The notes below the pieces were generated by a model. The model ran no database searches, was not told where the DNA came from, and saw only the letters and a list, made by a program, of their open reading frames with translations. A program made the position numbers and the translations under genes. DNA of 64,000 nucleotides from an uncultured Chloroflexia bacterium. GTDB taxonomy: Bacteria; Chloroflexota; Limnocylindria; Limnocylindrales; CSP1-4. Within the stretch, counting starts at the first letter, position 1. Each line of letters begins with the position of its first letter. This document shows positions 8,632 through 19,751 of this stretch, piece after piece. The DNA lies in contig CAVYIM010000007.1 of the NCBI GenBank assembly GCA_963768655.1, forward strand, positions 192,001 through 256,000, given 5' to 3'.

Positions 8632-8994
8632 ATGGCGGCCCGGACCGTGCGCGACTTCCAGGTTGGATTCGACATCGCGCCACTTGTGGATGCGTGGGCG
8701 CATGCGAATCACTATGGCTTCCGTGGCGTCTCGCCCGACGGGACCCGCACCTACCAACGCGGCAACGGATTCCTTACGGGCGCCATGCCCATGACGGTCC
8801 GTCAGGCCGGCCCGGCCGTTCACCTGGAAGCCTGGATCCACGCCACGCTGCTTGCGCGCATCTGCGCCGTCTTCCTCATCCCGAGCGACATGGGCATCGA
8901 GTCGGGCGGTGTGAGGGGCGTCCTGCCGCGGTCGATGGCGCGCGGATCGGTCAACAACCTGCTCGCGCAGCTCGGCCAGCCGCCGATCGCATAG
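8632..8994 (+). CDS. Hypothetical protein (120 aa)
   Basis: AAGGAGGAG RBS, TATACT -10 at 8551-8556, globular-looking sequence MAARTVRDFQVGFD... Confidence 0.75.
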   Translation: MAARTVRDFQVGFDIAPLVDAWAHANHYGFRGVSPDGTRTYQRGNGFLTGAMPMTVRQAGPAVHLEAWIHATLLARICAVFLIPSDMGIESGGVRGVLPRSMARGSVNNLLAQLGQPPIA

Positions 8995-9063
8995 TCGCGG
9001 GCCGCCGGCGGGCGACGGGCCTTGAGCGGCGAGGTCGGCGACCACACCCGGGTCGGGCGTGCG

Positions 9064-10005
9064 TCAAACGGCGAGGTATTCCCGCGTCGCGGATAGCGCT
9101 TCTGCCAGCGGTAACTCGTGCGTGGCGTCGAGCCAGCGGATGTCGGCCTCGCGCCGGAACCACGTGGCCTGGTGGCGGGCGAAGACGATGTTGCGGCGGG
9201 CGTCCTGCGCGATTGCTTCTTCCAGCGGCAGGCGGCGCTCGATGACAGCCAGCGCCTCCGCGTAGCCGATCCCCGAGAAGCTCGGCAGCGTCGGTGAGAA
9301 GCGGGCGACGAGGGCGCGCGTCTCATCGACCAGGCCGGCGTCGAACTGGGCCCGCGCTCGGGCGTGGACGCGCTCGCGCAGGACCGGCGGCTCGACGTTC
9401 ATACCGAGCCACAGCACCGGTCGGCCGTAGCCGCGGGGTTGGGGAAGTGGTGCGTCACCCCGCAGGCGGGCGATCTCGACGGCCCGGACCACGCGGCGTG
9501 GGTTGCGGAGATCCACGGCTGCGGCTCGCGCCGGAGCGCGCTCGCGCAGCTCGCCGACGAGCGCGGGTAATCCATCCGTTGCCAGCCGCGCCTCCACGGA
9601 TGCGCGCACGTCGGCGTCCCAGGGCAGCTCGTCGACCGCGAGGCCACGGGCCACGGAACGGATGTAGAAGCCCGTGCCGCCGACCAGCAGCGCCACGGCT
9701 CCACGCTCGGCGATGCCTGCGAGCGCCTCGCCGGCACAGCCCGAGTAGTCGGCGACGCTGAAGGCCCGGTCCGGATCCACGAGGTCGAGGCAGTGGTGCG
9801 GCACCCGGGCGCGCTCGGCGGCCGTGACCTTGGCGGTGCCGATGTCCATGCCGCGGTATACCTGGCGCGAATCGGCGGAGACGATTTCGGCCGCCACTCC
9901 CCACGTGCGCAGCTCCTCGGCCAGGGCGAGCGACAGGGCCGTTTTGCCGCTGGCGGTGGTACCGGCAAGGACGACCAGGGGCGGGAGGCCGGCGGGCGCG
10001 GCCAC
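9064..10005 (-). CDS. miaA: tRNA dimethylallyltransferase
   Basis: GTTASGKT, SADSRQVYRGMDIGTAK, VGGTGFY, NPRRVVRAVE. Confidence 0.97.
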   Translation of the reverse strand: MAAPAGLPPLVVLAGTTASGKTALSLALAEELRTWGVAAEIVSADSRQVYRGMDIGTAKVTAAERARVPHHCLDLVDPDRAFSVADYSGCAGEALAGIAERGAVALLVGGTGFYIRSVARGLAVDELPWDADVRASVEARLATDGLPALVGELRERAPARAAAVDLRNPRRVVRAVEIARLRGDAPLPQPRGYGRPVLWLGMNVEPPVLRERVHARARAQFDAGLVDETRALVARFSPTLPSFSGIGYAEALAVIERRLPLEEAIAQDARRNIVFARHQATWFRREADIRWLDATHELPLAEALSATREYLAV

Positions 10006-10017
10006 TTACGCGGCCAC

Positions 10018-11709
10018 CTACGAAGTCGGGGCGACGGCGCGCCCCGGGACGATCCGCCCGCGCAGCGCGAACGGGCCCGCGAACTCGACGCGGACGGTCA
10101 CGGTGCGGCCGACGAGCTCGGGGTCGCCGGACAGGTGGACGAGCTTGTTGTGGCGAGTCCGACCCGCGAGGGCGACGCTGCCGGCCCCGGCGGCGCCATA
10201 GAGACTCGGTACTCGGAGCGAAGCGTCAGCCGGGGGCGGGTCCTCTTCCGCGGCTGAGGCGGAGCGCTTGAGCGGCGTGATCAGCTCCACGAGCACCTCG
10301 ACGTCGCGTCCGAGCCATGCCCTGTTGCACTCCAGGCCGATCGACTCCTGGCAGGCCAGCAGGGCGTTCAGGCGGCGCCGCTTGACCGCCGCGGGCACGT
10401 CGTCGGCCATGCGCAACGCCGGAGTTCCAGGCCGTGGCGAGTAGGCCGCGGCGAAGACCGTATCGAACCGGATCTCCTCCATTACGCGCAGCGTGGCCTC
10501 GAACTGCGCCTCCGTCTCGCCGCAGAACCCGACGATGACATCCGTCGAGACCGCGATCCCCGGCACCGCTTCGCGTATCCCGGCGAGCCGCTCGCGATAG
10601 TGGTCGACCGTGTATTGGCGCCCCATCCGCTGCAGCATGGCGTCGTCGCCCGACTGGATCGGCAGATGCAGGTGCTCGCAGACGCTCGGGCATTCGGCCA
10701 TGGCGTCGATCAATCGGTCCGAGAGATCCCACGGATGGGACGTTATGAAGCGCAGGCGCGGAATGGCCGGGCCGCCCTGAGGGCCTTCGATCGAGTCGAT
10801 CGCGCGCAGCAATTCGGCCAGATCGGGGCGGCCGCGCAGGTCGAGCCTGTGCCCGCTCGATCTTTCCGTCGAGATGTGGCCGAACCGTTCTTCCGCCGGC
10901 AGATCGTGGCCGTAGCTGTTCACGTTCTGGCCGAGCAGGGTCAGCTCCGCGAACCCGGCCGCGGCGATGCTTTCCGCCTCGGCGACGATGTCATCGAATG
11001 GCCGGCTGCGCTCGGGTCCGCGCGAGAACGGGACGATGCAGTAAGTGCAGGTCTTGTCGCAGCCGTAGACGATCGGCAGCCAGGCAGAGCTGGCCGAAGA
11101 GCGGGCGACGCGGCCCTCGGCCAGGGCCGTTGCCCGGCTGGGCGGCAGATTGTCGGCGGCGCTGACCGGCCTGCCGGAGACGACTGTCGTGGCCGCCGTC
11201 GCCGCCGCCCGGAGGCCGACGGGAGCCTGCGCGGAGACCAGGCCCAGCCGCAGCGCCAGCTCGGGTTCCTCGTCGGGCCGCAGGAACATGTCGACCGCCG
11301 GGAAGCGTCGAGCCAGGCCGGCGCGTTCGGACTCGCGGACGCCGCAGCCGGTCAGCACGACCCGCAAACCGGGTTTGGCCCGCTTCAGTTCGGCGAGCTG
11401 GCCCTGGCGGCCGATGACTTTCGCCTCGGCGTGCTCGCGGACGGCGCAGGTGTTGATGACGATCAGGTCGGCCAGCTCCATCGAGGGCGCCCGCTCGCAG
11501 CCGACGGCCAGCAGCTGGCCGGCCATCTCTTCGGAGTCGCTCTGGTTCATCTGGCAGCCGAGGGTCCAGAGAAAGAAGCCGGGCATCTCGTGCAGGCCGG
11601 GCCGGAACTCGGCGACGGCCGGATCCACAGCCGGCGGGACGGCGCGGGGCGCCAGCTCGACCCGTGGGACAGCTGGCGGCGCGAGAGCGCCCTCCGGCCG
11701 CACCGTCAT
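10018..11709 (-). CDS. miaB: tRNA methylthiotransferase MiaB
   Basis: GCQMN, NTCAVRE, CDKTCTYC radical-SAM motif, TRAM domain. Confidence 0.95.
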   Translation of the reverse strand: MTVRPEGALAPPAVPRVELAPRAVPPAVDPAVAEFRPGLHEMPGFFLWTLGCQMNQSDSEEMAGQLLAVGCERAPSMELADLIVINTCAVREHAEAKVIGRQGQLAELKRAKPGLRVVLTGCGVRESERAGLARRFPAVDMFLRPDEEPELALRLGLVSAQAPVGLRAAATAATTVVSGRPVSAADNLPPSRATALAEGRVARSSASSAWLPIVYGCDKTCTYCIVPFSRGPERSRPFDDIVAEAESIAAAGFAELTLLGQNVNSYGHDLPAEERFGHISTERSSGHRLDLRGRPDLAELLRAIDSIEGPQGGPAIPRLRFITSHPWDLSDRLIDAMAECPSVCEHLHLPIQSGDDAMLQRMGRQYTVDHYRERLAGIREAVPGIAVSTDVIVGFCGETEAQFEATLRVMEEIRFDTVFAAAYSPRPGTPALRMADDVPAAVKRRRLNALLACQESIGLECNRAWLGRDVEVLVELITPLKRSASAAEEDPPPADASLRVPSLYGAAGAGSVALAGRTRHNKLVHLSGDPELVGRTVTVRVEFAGPFALRGRIVPGRAVAPTS

Positions 11710-12803
11710 GAAGGCGAGGCCTCGGTGCGGATCGTCAAACGGCGGCGGCCGAGCAGCGCGTACAGGTTCGTGGCGTCCTCGTCGGGTACGTAGAGAGCGG
11801 CGTGCGCCTCAGCATACGTCTCCCCGTCGCCGTGATAGTCGCTCCCGCCCGTGGGAACCAGGCGCAGCTCACCCGCGACGTCGGCCAGCTCGGCGATGGT
11901 GTCGGAATCGAAGTGGCGGTAGTGGACCTCTAGCCCGCCCAGCCCGACCTTTTTCAGGTCCTCGACCAGTTCGCGGCGCTCGTAGGCATCGGCGAAATGG
12001 GCCAGTGCTGGCAGTCCGCCGGCGGCCCTGATGGCGGAGATGGCCTCGTTCGGACCCAGGCCCTCTCGGGGCACGTATGCCGGCTTGCCGCGGCCCAGGA
12101 GACGCTGCATCGCGTCGTCCACGCTCGAGGCGTACCGCGCGGTCACGAGGCAGCGGGCGATCTGTGGCCTGCCGAGCGCGGCGCCGGACGCGGCCGGCTG
12201 TCCGGCCAGCAGCTCGTGGACCTGATCGTCGACCGAGTAGCCGAGCTGTGCCAGCCGGTCGACGATCCGACTGAACCGGGTCAGGCGAAAGCAGCGCTGG
12301 CGTTCGAGCGTCGCTTCGAAGAAGTCGTCGTTGACGTCTACGCCCAGGCCGAGGATGTGCAGCTCGCCTTCCCACAGCTGGGGGATGCCCATGGCGACGC
12401 TGTTGATCTCGACCGCCGGCAGCAGCTCGAGCGATAGGGGCGGCTGGCCGGGCGCGAGCAGCTCCCTGACGCCTGCCAGCGTGTCGTGGTCGGAGAGCGC
12501 CAGGACCTGCACGCCGGACGTCGCGGCCGCGCCGACCAGCTCGCGCGGCTCGAGAACGCCATCGGAGCGGCAGCTATGCGTGTGCAGGTCCACCCGTGAC
12601 GGATGCGGGGGTACGACCCGATCGCCCTGAGTGGCCCGGTAGGCGGTGCTGCGGTACCGGTAGGAGCCGGTGTCGCCCTTCAGCGGATCGGCCGGTTTGG
12701 GGGCGCGTGCGCGATCGTTCTGCGCGGAGCCCGTCGGGGCCTTCTCGCTCGCGCGGGCTGCCCGCCGGAGAAGCTCGTCTCGGCGCCGCTGGTCGTCGGT
12801 CAC
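11706..12803 (-). CDS. PHP domain phosphoesterase (TrpH/YciV-like)
   Basis: DLHTHSCRSDG, SDHDT, HILG, LAH, GGSDYHG; GTG start at 12803 chosen. Confidence 0.9.
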   Translation of the reverse strand: MTDDQRRRDELLRRAARASEKAPTGSAQNDRARAPKPADPLKGDTGSYRYRSTAYRATQGDRVVPPHPSRVDLHTHSCRSDGVLEPRELVGAAATSGVQVLALSDHDTLAGVRELLAPGQPPLSLELLPAVEINSVAMGIPQLWEGELHILGLGVDVNDDFFEATLERQRCFRLTRFSRIVDRLAQLGYSVDDQVHELLAGQPAASGAALGRPQIARCLVTARYASSVDDAMQRLLGRGKPAYVPREGLGPNEAISAIRAAGGLPALAHFADAYERRELVEDLKKVGLGGLEVHYRHFDSDTIAELADVAGELRLVPTGGSDYHGDGETYAEAHAALYVPDEDATNLYALLGRRRLTIRTEASPS

Positions 12804-12804
12804 G

Positions 12805-13644
12805 CTAGACCTCGACGACGCGCGCGACCCGCTCGATCGCCAGCGCCCGACCCGTGTCGGGATCGACGTCGATCTGGCAGGCATTGAAGACCACCGGACC
12901 GGTCCCCACTTCGAAGCGCGTCGGCAGGCCGTTCAGAAAGCGAGGGATCACCGTGGCCGGATCGAAGCCGATGACGCTGTGAACAGGCCCGCACATGCCG
13001 AGATCCGACTGGTAGGCCGTGCCCTTTGGCATGATCCGCTCGTCGGCGGTGGCAACGTGGGTGTGCGTCCCTACGACCGCGCTAGCTCGACCGTCGAGGT
13101 AGATGCCAAAGGCGTTCTTCTCGCTGGTCAGCTCGCAGTGGAAGTCCACGACGCGGACCGGCGGCAAGGGCTCGGAGGCCTCGTCGATCAGGCGGTCGAA
13201 GTCGGTGAAGGGATTCTCGATCGGGGTCATGTACGTGCGGCCCTGGAAGTTGAGCACGGCCACGTCCGTGCCGTCGGCGGCGCGGAAGATGCCCCAGCCG
13301 CGTCCCGGGACCCCGTCCGTGCCGTAGTTGTGCGGGCGAAGGATCCGCTCGTCGTGTTCGAGTTCCTGGTACATCTCGCGCTTGTCCCAGATGTGGTTGC
13401 CCGAGGTGATGACGTCTATCCCGGACTTGAACATGCCCTCGGCGGTGGAAGCGGTCAGGCCCATTCCGCCGGCAACGTTCTCGCCGTTGGCGGTGACCAG
13501 GGCGATGTCGCGCTCGTGCCGAAGGCCGGGGAGAAGCGCCTCGACGGCCAGCCTGCCGGGCCGCCCGATCAGGTCGCCGATCATGAGGATGCGGCAGGCA
13601 CGCCGGCCTGCCGGGGTAAGGGGCGGGCCGGCGGGGACGGACAC
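12805..13644 (-). CDS. ymdB: YmdB-like metallophosphoesterase
   Basis: GDLIG, NGENVAGG, TSGNHIWD, DFHCELTSEK, GTHTHV; directly downstream of rny. Confidence 0.93.
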   Translation of the reverse strand: MSVPAGPPLTPAGRRACRILMIGDLIGRPGRLAVEALLPGLRHERDIALVTANGENVAGGMGLTASTAEGMFKSGIDVITSGNHIWDKREMYQELEHDERILRPHNYGTDGVPGRGWGIFRAADGTDVAVLNFQGRTYMTPIENPFTDFDRLIDEASEPLPPVRVVDFHCELTSEKNAFGIYLDGRASAVVGTHTHVATADERIMPKGTAYQSDLGMCGPVHSVIGFDPATVIPRFLNGLPTRFEVGTGPVVFNACQIDVDPDTGRALAIERVARVVEV

Positions 13645-13650
13645 GGGCGG

Positions 13651-15186
13651 CTACTTGGCGTATTCGACGGCCCGCGTCTCGCGGATGACCGTCACCTTGA
13701 TCTGGCCCGGGTAGGTGAGGCTGGCCTCGATCTTCTTGACCACGTCGCGGGCCAGGCGGGTGGCGGTGACGTCGTCGATCTGTTCCGGCCTCACGAGGAT
13801 GCGAACCTCGCGACCGGCCTGGACCGCGAAGCTCTTCTCCACTCCCTCGAAGCTCTCCGCGATCGCCTGCAGGTCCTCCAGACGCCGGACGTACGTTTCC
13901 ATCGACTCGCCGCGGGCGCCTGGCCGCGAGGCGCTGATCGCGTCCGCGACCTGGACGATGGGAGCCTCCATGGACGCGTACTCGACTTCCTGGTGGTGGG
14001 CCGCGATGGCGTTCACGACCTTCGGCGAGAGGTTGTGACGCTGCGCGATCTGGGCTCCGATCTGGGCGTGCGGTCCTTCGACTTCGTGGTCGACTGCCTT
14101 GCCCATGTCGTGGAGCAGGCCGCCGACCTTGGCCGCCTGCACGTCCAGGCCCAGCTCCGAGGCGATCATTGCCGCAAGTCGGCTGGTCTCGACGGAGTGG
14201 ACGAGCACGTTCTGGCCGTAGCTGGTCCGATACTTGAGGCGGCCCAGTAACTTCACTATCTCCGAGGGAAGGGCCGGGATCCCGGCGTCGTATATGGCCT
14301 GCTCGCCGGCCTGGCGCATGACCAGGTCAACCTCCGCGCGCGCCTTGGCGACGACCTCCTCGATGCGTCCGGGGTGGATGCGGCCGTCGGCCATGAGCTT
14401 GGTCAGGGCCAGGCGGGCGACCTCTCGGCGGACCGGATCGAAGGCGCTGATGACGACCGTCTCGGGGGTGTCGTCGATGATCAGGTCGACGCCGGTGGCC
14501 TGCTCCAGGGCCCGTATGTTGCGACCCTCGCGACCGATGATGCGGCCCTTCATCTCGTCGTTCGGCAGATGGACGGCGCTGACCGTGTGCTCGGCCGTGT
14601 GGTCCGCCGCGATGCGCTGCATCGTGGTGATGACGATCTCACGGGCGCGATCCTCGGCCTCGTCGCGGGCGGCCCGCTCGATCGCCTTGGCGATGCGGAC
14701 GGCATCGTGCTCGGCTTCGTCACGAACCGCGTCGAGGAGCTGAGCCTTGGCCTCGGCCGCGGTCATTCCGCTCACGCGCTCTAGCGCAGCAACGTGCTCC
14801 TGCTGGGCCGTGGCGAGCTGTTGACGGCTGTTCTCGAGCTCGCGTTCGCGCTCCAGGAGCTTGCGATCGCGCTGCTCGAGCATGTCGGACCGGAGATCGA
14901 GTTGTTCGTCGCGGGCGAGGAGACGGCTCTCCAGGCCGGAGAGCTCCGCTCGTTTGGCACGGGCCTCGTCTTCGGCCTCACGCGCCAGCCTTAGCTTCTC
15001 GTCCTTGGCTTCGAGGATCAGTTCCTTCTGCTGGGCGCGGGCCTCGGCGACGATGCGACCGGCTTTGTCCTGGGCGCTCTTCACCGCCTGATTGGCCAGC
15101 TGCCCGCGAGCCAGGAACCCGACGACCACGCCCACGGCAAGGGCAACCACAGCGGCTGTGGCCACAAGGGCTAGTTCCATATTCAT
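13651..15186 (-). CDS. rny: Ribonuclease Y
   Basis: N-terminal TM, coiled coil, KH ([13 protein letters not shown]), HD (LLHDMGK). Confidence 0.97.
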   Translation of the reverse strand: MNMELALVATAAVVALAVGVVVGFLARGQLANQAVKSAQDKAGRIVAEARAQQKELILEAKDEKLRLAREAEDEARAKRAELSGLESRLLARDEQLDLRSDMLEQRDRKLLERERELENSRQQLATAQQEHVAALERVSGMTAAEAKAQLLDAVRDEAEHDAVRIAKAIERAARDEAEDRAREIVITTMQRIAADHTAEHTVSAVHLPNDEMKGRIIGREGRNIRALEQATGVDLIIDDTPETVVISAFDPVRREVARLALTKLMADGRIHPGRIEEVVAKARAEVDLVMRQAGEQAIYDAGIPALPSEIVKLLGRLKYRTSYGQNVLVHSVETSRLAAMIASELGLDVQAAKVGGLLHDMGKAVDHEVEGPHAQIGAQIAQRHNLSPKVVNAIAAHHQEVEYASMEAPIVQVADAISASRPGARGESMETYVRRLEDLQAIAESFEGVEKSFAVQAGREVRILVRPEQIDDVTATRLARDVVKKIEASLTYPGQIKVTVIRETRAVEYAK

Positions 15187-15460
15187 TTGCCTCCCGTCCG
15201 GCCGATGACGCGGCCGGAGGTACGTCGAAACTGGCTGGGGCGGCCGTGTCCGGTCTGGGCCCGCTCCCGGGGCGCCATTGGACCAAGCCGCGTTGTAGAT
15301 GATTTCGAGCTGGCGTCGCGGCCAGGGCGTGGCTGGCGACGCATTGTTCGTCTCGCGCGTAGTCTACGGCGGACGGGCCAATCCGGTCACGCGCGCGCGA
15401 AACGGGGAGTTCTCGTTCCGGTTGGCGTGCCGGTGCCGCGCGCCAACCGGCCGCCCGTCG

Positions 15461-16093
15461 TCAGTCTTCCCAGGCCGAGGGATCGTCCCCCGCTTCCGGG
15501 GCGGCCGCGAAGAACCGGCGAGTCGCCTCCCGGCACACGTCGGGGTCGAAGCCGTTGCGGGCTAGCAGTGCGTACGCCCGCTGGCGGCGGGCTCGTGAGT
15601 CGGCGATGCGCGCCAGGACGCGGCCCCGTCGGGCAAGAAGACGCTCGGCTGCGGCCATGTCCGGCCCCTCCCGTGCCTCGCCGACATCGCTGCCACCACC
15701 TTCGTCGGCAGTGCCGGGGCCGAGGTGGCCGGTCCGCCTCTCGCCGAGGACCTCGGCCGCCAGATCTCTGTCGATGCCCTTGAGCGCCAGCTCGCGGCGC
15801 AGGGCAGCCTCGCTGCGTGGCCTGGCTCGGTCGCGCAATTCCACCCACGTGCGGGCGAAAGTGGCGTCGTCGAGCATTCTGAGCTCCGTCAGTCGGACGA
15901 TTGCCGCCTCGACCAGGTCGGCTCGATACCCGGCCCCGGTGAGGTGGCGCCGCAGTTCATCTACGGAGCGGGATCGAGCCTCGAGGAACCGCGCCGCGGC
16001 GTTCAGGACGATGGCGGGGTCGTCTATGAGAGCGCGGCGCTCGCGGCGCTCACGGAGCAATTCCCTGTGGTCCTGCGCGTACGTGCGAGGCAT
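15461..16093 (-). CDS. recX: Regulatory protein RecX
   Basis: RSRSVDELRRHL, LDDATFA, LARNGF; downstream of recA. Confidence 0.9.
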   Translation of the reverse strand: MPRTYAQDHRELLRERRERRALIDDPAIVLNAAARFLEARSRSVDELRRHLTGAGYRADLVEAAIVRLTELRMLDDATFARTWVELRDRARPRSEAALRRELALKGIDRDLAAEVLGERRTGHLGPGTADEGGGSDVGEAREGPDMAAAERLLARRGRVLARIADSRARRQRAYALLARNGFDPDVCREATRRFFAAAPEAGDDPSAWED

Positions 16094-16100
16094 GAGCCCG

Positions 16101-17183
16101 CTACTCGGCCTCCTCGATGCCCTCCACCGGCAGCGAGACTTCGGACATCTTGGCCCGGATCTGCTTCTCGACCTCGGCCGCGATGTCTGGATTGGCCTTC
16201 AGGAACTCCTTGGCGGCCTCCCGACCCTGGCCCAGCCGGGTTTCGCCGAAGGTGAACCAGGCCCCGGTCTTCGCGACCAGGCTCATGGCCGTCCCGACGT
16301 CAAGAAGGCCGCCTTCCTTGGAGATGCCCTGGCCGAACATGATGTCGAACTCGGCGGCCTTGAAAGGTGGCGCGACCTTGTTCTTGACGACCTTGACCTT
16401 GACGCGGTTGCCGACAGAGTCCGTGCCCGACTTGATCGTCTCGATGCGCCGGATGTCCAGGCGCACGCTGGCGTAGAACTTCAGGGCCCGGCCGCCCGGC
16501 GTGACCTCGGGATTCCCGAACATGACCCCGATCTTCTCGCGCAGCTGATTGGTGAAGATGAGGCTGGTGTTCGATCGACTGACGACGCCGGCGAGCTTGC
16601 GAAGGGCCTGGCTCATCAGCCGGGCCTGGATGCCCACGAACGAGTCGCCCATCTCGCCTTCGATCTCGGCCTTGGGCACGAGGGCGGCAACGGAGTCCAC
16701 CACGACGGCGTCCACACCGTTGGAGCGAATCAGCGTCTCGGTGATCTGCAGCGCGTCCTCGCCGGTGTCGGGCTGGCTGACGAGCAGTTCGTCCACGTTG
16801 ACGCCGCAGGCGCGCGCGTAGCCCGGATCGAGGGCATGCTCGACGTCGATGAAGGCGACTACGCCGCCCTTGCGCTGAGCTTCCGCCAGGATGTGCTGAC
16901 ACAGCGTGGTCTTGCCCGACGATTCGGGCCCGAAAATCTCGGTGATGCGACCGCGCGGGATTCCACCCACGCCCAGGGCGAGGTCCAGCGCTATCGAGCC
17001 AGTTGGTATGACGTCAACCTGGGCTCGTTCCGACGAGCCGAGACGCATGATCGAGCCTCGCCCGAATTGCTTCTCGATGGCCAGAATCGCCGCGTCGACG
17101 GCCTTGGTGCGTTCATTCGGGCGCTCGGTAGAGCGCTCCGCGCCTGTTGCCCGGGCCTCGGTCCCTCGCTCGATCATCGCCAC
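16101..17183 (-). CDS. recA: Recombinase RecA
   Basis: [46 protein letters not shown]. Confidence 0.99.
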   Translation of the reverse strand: MAMIERGTEARATGAERSTERPNERTKAVDAAILAIEKQFGRGSIMRLGSSERAQVDVIPTGSIALDLALGVGGIPRGRITEIFGPESSGKTTLCQHILAEAQRKGGVVAFIDVEHALDPGYARACGVNVDELLVSQPDTGEDALQITETLIRSNGVDAVVVDSVAALVPKAEIEGEMGDSFVGIQARLMSQALRKLAGVVSRSNTSLIFTNQLREKIGVMFGNPEVTPGGRALKFYASVRLDIRRIETIKSGTDSVGNRVKVKVVKNKVAPPFKAAEFDIMFGQGISKEGGLLDVGTAMSLVAKTGAWFTFGETRLGQGREAAKEFLKANPDIAAEVEKQIRAKMSEVSLPVEGIEEAE

Positions 17184-17264
17184 CTAGCTCCTCGCTCCTG
17201 TCCTCGATCGTTGCCACGACTTGGGATTAGCGGAACGGGTCGCCGGACGGCGTCCGCCCGCCTA

Positions 17265-17420
17265 TTAGCTCTCGGTCTCGTCGGTCCGCGGCTTCCGCTT
17301 CGGCTTCCACACCTCGACGTTGGTGGGGGGCTCCAGCATGGGCTGGATCTGGGGGGTCTTCTTCCCAGCGTCCTTGGGCTTCTTCTTTTCTTCACGGTGC
17401 GGGCGGTCTCGGCTCGCCAT
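17265..17420 (-). CDS. Small basic hypothetical protein (51 aa)
   Basis: GGAGG RBS; MASRDRPHREEKKKPKDAGKK...KPKRKPRTDETES; tandem stops. Confidence 0.65.
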   Translation of the reverse strand: MASRDRPHREEKKKPKDAGKKTPQIQPMLEPPTNVEVWKPKRKPRTDETES

Positions 17421-17460
17421 CGGGTGCGCCTCCGCGTTCCACAGGCTACTGGTGGGCTCT

Positions 17461-18666
17461 TCACTCCGGCTGCACTGGCAATGCACGCGCTCCTGACGGA
17501 GGGGTCCGCGCCCGGAGTCCGGGCAGCCGATCGGAGAACGTGCCTGAGCGCAGCGCGTCGCGGATTTCGGCCATGAAGTCTAGGGTGAAGGTCATGTTGT
17601 GACAAGTTGCCAGGCGGTAGGCGAGAAGCTCCTCGGCACGGAACAGGTGAGCCAGATAAGCGCGCGAGAAGTTGCGACACAGCAGACAGCGGCAGCCCTC
17701 CTGGACCGGCCGGCGGTCCTCCACGAACTGGGCGTTGCGCATGTTCAGGCGGCCGCCGGGGACCCACAGCTGACCGTTGCGGGCGACTCGTGCCGGCAGC
17801 ACGGAGTCGAACAGATCGACGCCGCGATGCACCGCCTCGAGCAGGTCCGCCGGCGAGCCGAGGCCCATCAGGTAGCGCGGCCGCGGATCGTCGGCAAGCA
17901 GGCCGATGGCAACGGCGAGAGCTGCCTCACGCTGGGCGGGTGTCTCATCGCCGGCCAGGCCGCCGATGCAGATGCCGTCGAACGGCTGGCCCGCCATGAA
18001 ACTCGTCGACTCGGCTCGAAGCCGCGGATCGAGGCCGCCCTGGACGACGCCGAAAAGGGCTTGATCGGGTCGCGTGTGCGCGGCGAGCGAGCGCTCGGCC
18101 CAGCGATGAGTGCGAGCCATGGCTTCCGCGACGGCCTGCGGGGTCGACGAGGCGGGCGGCACCGGCTGATCGAAAGCGACGGCGATGTCTGCGCCGAGCG
18201 CCTCCTGCACGGCGATCGAGTGCTCGGGCGTGAAGCGATGGTAGGAGCCGTCGAGATGGCTCTGGAAGGTGACGCCCTCGTCGTCGATCTTGCGCAACTC
18301 GCCCATCGAGGCAACCTGGAACCCGCCTGAGTCGGTGAGGAGCGGCCGGTCCCAGGCCATGAAGCTGTGCAGGCCGCCGAGCCGCGCAATTCGCTCGTGT
18401 CCGGGGCGAAGGTAGAGGTGATACGTGTTGGCCAGGATGATCGTGGCGCCGGCCTCGCGAAGGTCGTCGGGAGCGAGCGCCTTCACCGTCGCGTTGGTGC
18501 CGACCGGCATGAACTGGGGCGTCTCAACGACCCCGTGGGGCAGCGTCAGCCGCCCGACCCGACCTTGAGTGGACCCATCGCCGGGCGGCGCGACCTCGAC
18601 TTCGTAGCGGACCGGAGATGTCTTGGGGATGCGATGGGCGGGCGGGCGATCCGGTGCGTCTGCCAT
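17461..18666 (-). CDS. tgt: tRNA-guanine transglycosylase
   Basis: TPQFMPVGT, ANTYHL, DSGGFQ, RYLMGLG, CRCLLC zinc site. Confidence 0.96.
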   Translation of the reverse strand: MADAPDRPPAHRIPKTSPVRYEVEVAPPGDGSTQGRVGRLTLPHGVVETPQFMPVGTNATVKALAPDDLREAGATIILANTYHLYLRPGHERIARLGGLHSFMAWDRPLLTDSGGFQVASMGELRKIDDEGVTFQSHLDGSYHRFTPEHSIAVQEALGADIAVAFDQPVPPASSTPQAVAEAMARTHRWAERSLAAHTRPDQALFGVVQGGLDPRLRAESTSFMAGQPFDGICIGGLAGDETPAQREAALAVAIGLLADDPRPRYLMGLGSPADLLEAVHRGVDLFDSVLPARVARNGQLWVPGGRLNMRNAQFVEDRRPVQEGCRCLLCRNFSRAYLAHLFRAEELLAYRLATCHNMTFTLDFMAEIRDALRSGTFSDRLPGLRARTPPSGARALPVQPE

Positions 18667-19751
18667 CAGCGAGCGGATGCGTCGGGGTCGGTCGTGCCGT
18701 CCCAGAGCGCCGGCTGGTCGGCATCGCTGCGCCGCGGCGGCGGTACTTCGTAACCGAGGCGCGCCAGGTGCTGGCGAGCGCCGTCCGTGGCGATACGACC
18801 CTGTGGGGTCCGGTCGAGGAACCCCAGCCGCAGAAGGAAGGGCTCGTAGACGTCCTCGACCGTTTCCGGCTCCTCTGCCAGAACCGCGGCCAAGGCTTGC
18901 ACTCCCACCGGCCCGCCGCCGAACTTCTGGACGATGGCGGCGAGCAGCTTGCGGTCCGTCCCGTCCAGGCCGGCGTCGTCGATCTCGAGAGCGGCCAGTG
19001 CCTGATCGGCGGTGGCGGCGTCGACCCTGCCATCGCCGTGGATCTGGGCGTAGTCGCGCACGCGACGCAGCAGGCGGTTCACGACGCGTGGAGTGCCGCG
19101 ACCGCGGCGGGCGATCGCGGCGGCCCCGTCCGAGCTGAGCTCCACGCCCAGCAGCCGAGCGGACCGCTCGACGATCGCCGTCAGGTCCGCAAGATCGTAG
19201 AAGTCAAGCCGGTAGGTGGCGCCGAAACGGTCGCGCAGCGGGCTGGATATTCGACCCGCCCGCGTGGTCGCTCCGACGATCGTGAACGGCTTCAGGCTGA
19301 GGCGCAGGCTGCGGGCCGACGGCCCCTTGCCGATCATGACGTCGAGGGCGTAGTCCTCCATCGCCGGGTAGAGGATCTCCTCGACAGCGCGATTGAGGCG
19401 GTGGATCTCATCGATGAAGAGGACGTCGCGCTCGTCCAGCGACGTCAGAATGGCGGCGAGGTCCCCTGCCCGCTCGATCGCGGGGCCGCTGGCATACCGA
19501 ATGTTCGCGCCGAGCTCGCGGGCCACGATCGTGGCCAGCGTGGTCTTGCCCAGGCCGGGCGGGCCGTGGAGCAGGATGTGGTCCGCCGCGTCCCCTCTCT
19601 GGCGGGCGGCTCCGAGCAGGACCGAGAGATTGGCCTTCAGCTCGCGCTGGCCGATGTACTCACCGAGAGTCTTGGGCCGCAGCGTCCGGTCGACGACGAC
19701 GTCGGCGTCTTCCTGGATGTCCGGGGCCAGGATGCGCGAGAAGTCAGTCAC
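18666..19751 (-). CDS. ruvB: Holliday junction helicase RuvB
   Basis: [34 protein letters not shown]. Confidence 0.98.
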   Translation of the reverse strand: MTDFSRILAPDIQEDADVVVDRTLRPKTLGEYIGQRELKANLSVLLGAARQRGDAADHILLHGPPGLGKTTLATIVARELGANIRYASGPAIERAGDLAAILTSLDERDVLFIDEIHRLNRAVEEILYPAMEDYALDVMIGKGPSARSLRLSLKPFTIVGATTRAGRISSPLRDRFGATYRLDFYDLADLTAIVERSARLLGVELSSDGAAAIARRGRGTPRVVNRLLRRVRDYAQIHGDGRVDAATADQALAALEIDDAGLDGTDRKLLAAIVQKFGGGPVGVQALAAVLAEEPETVEDVYEPFLLRLGFLDRTPQGRIATDGARQHLARLGYEVPPPRRSDADQPALWDGTTDPDASAR

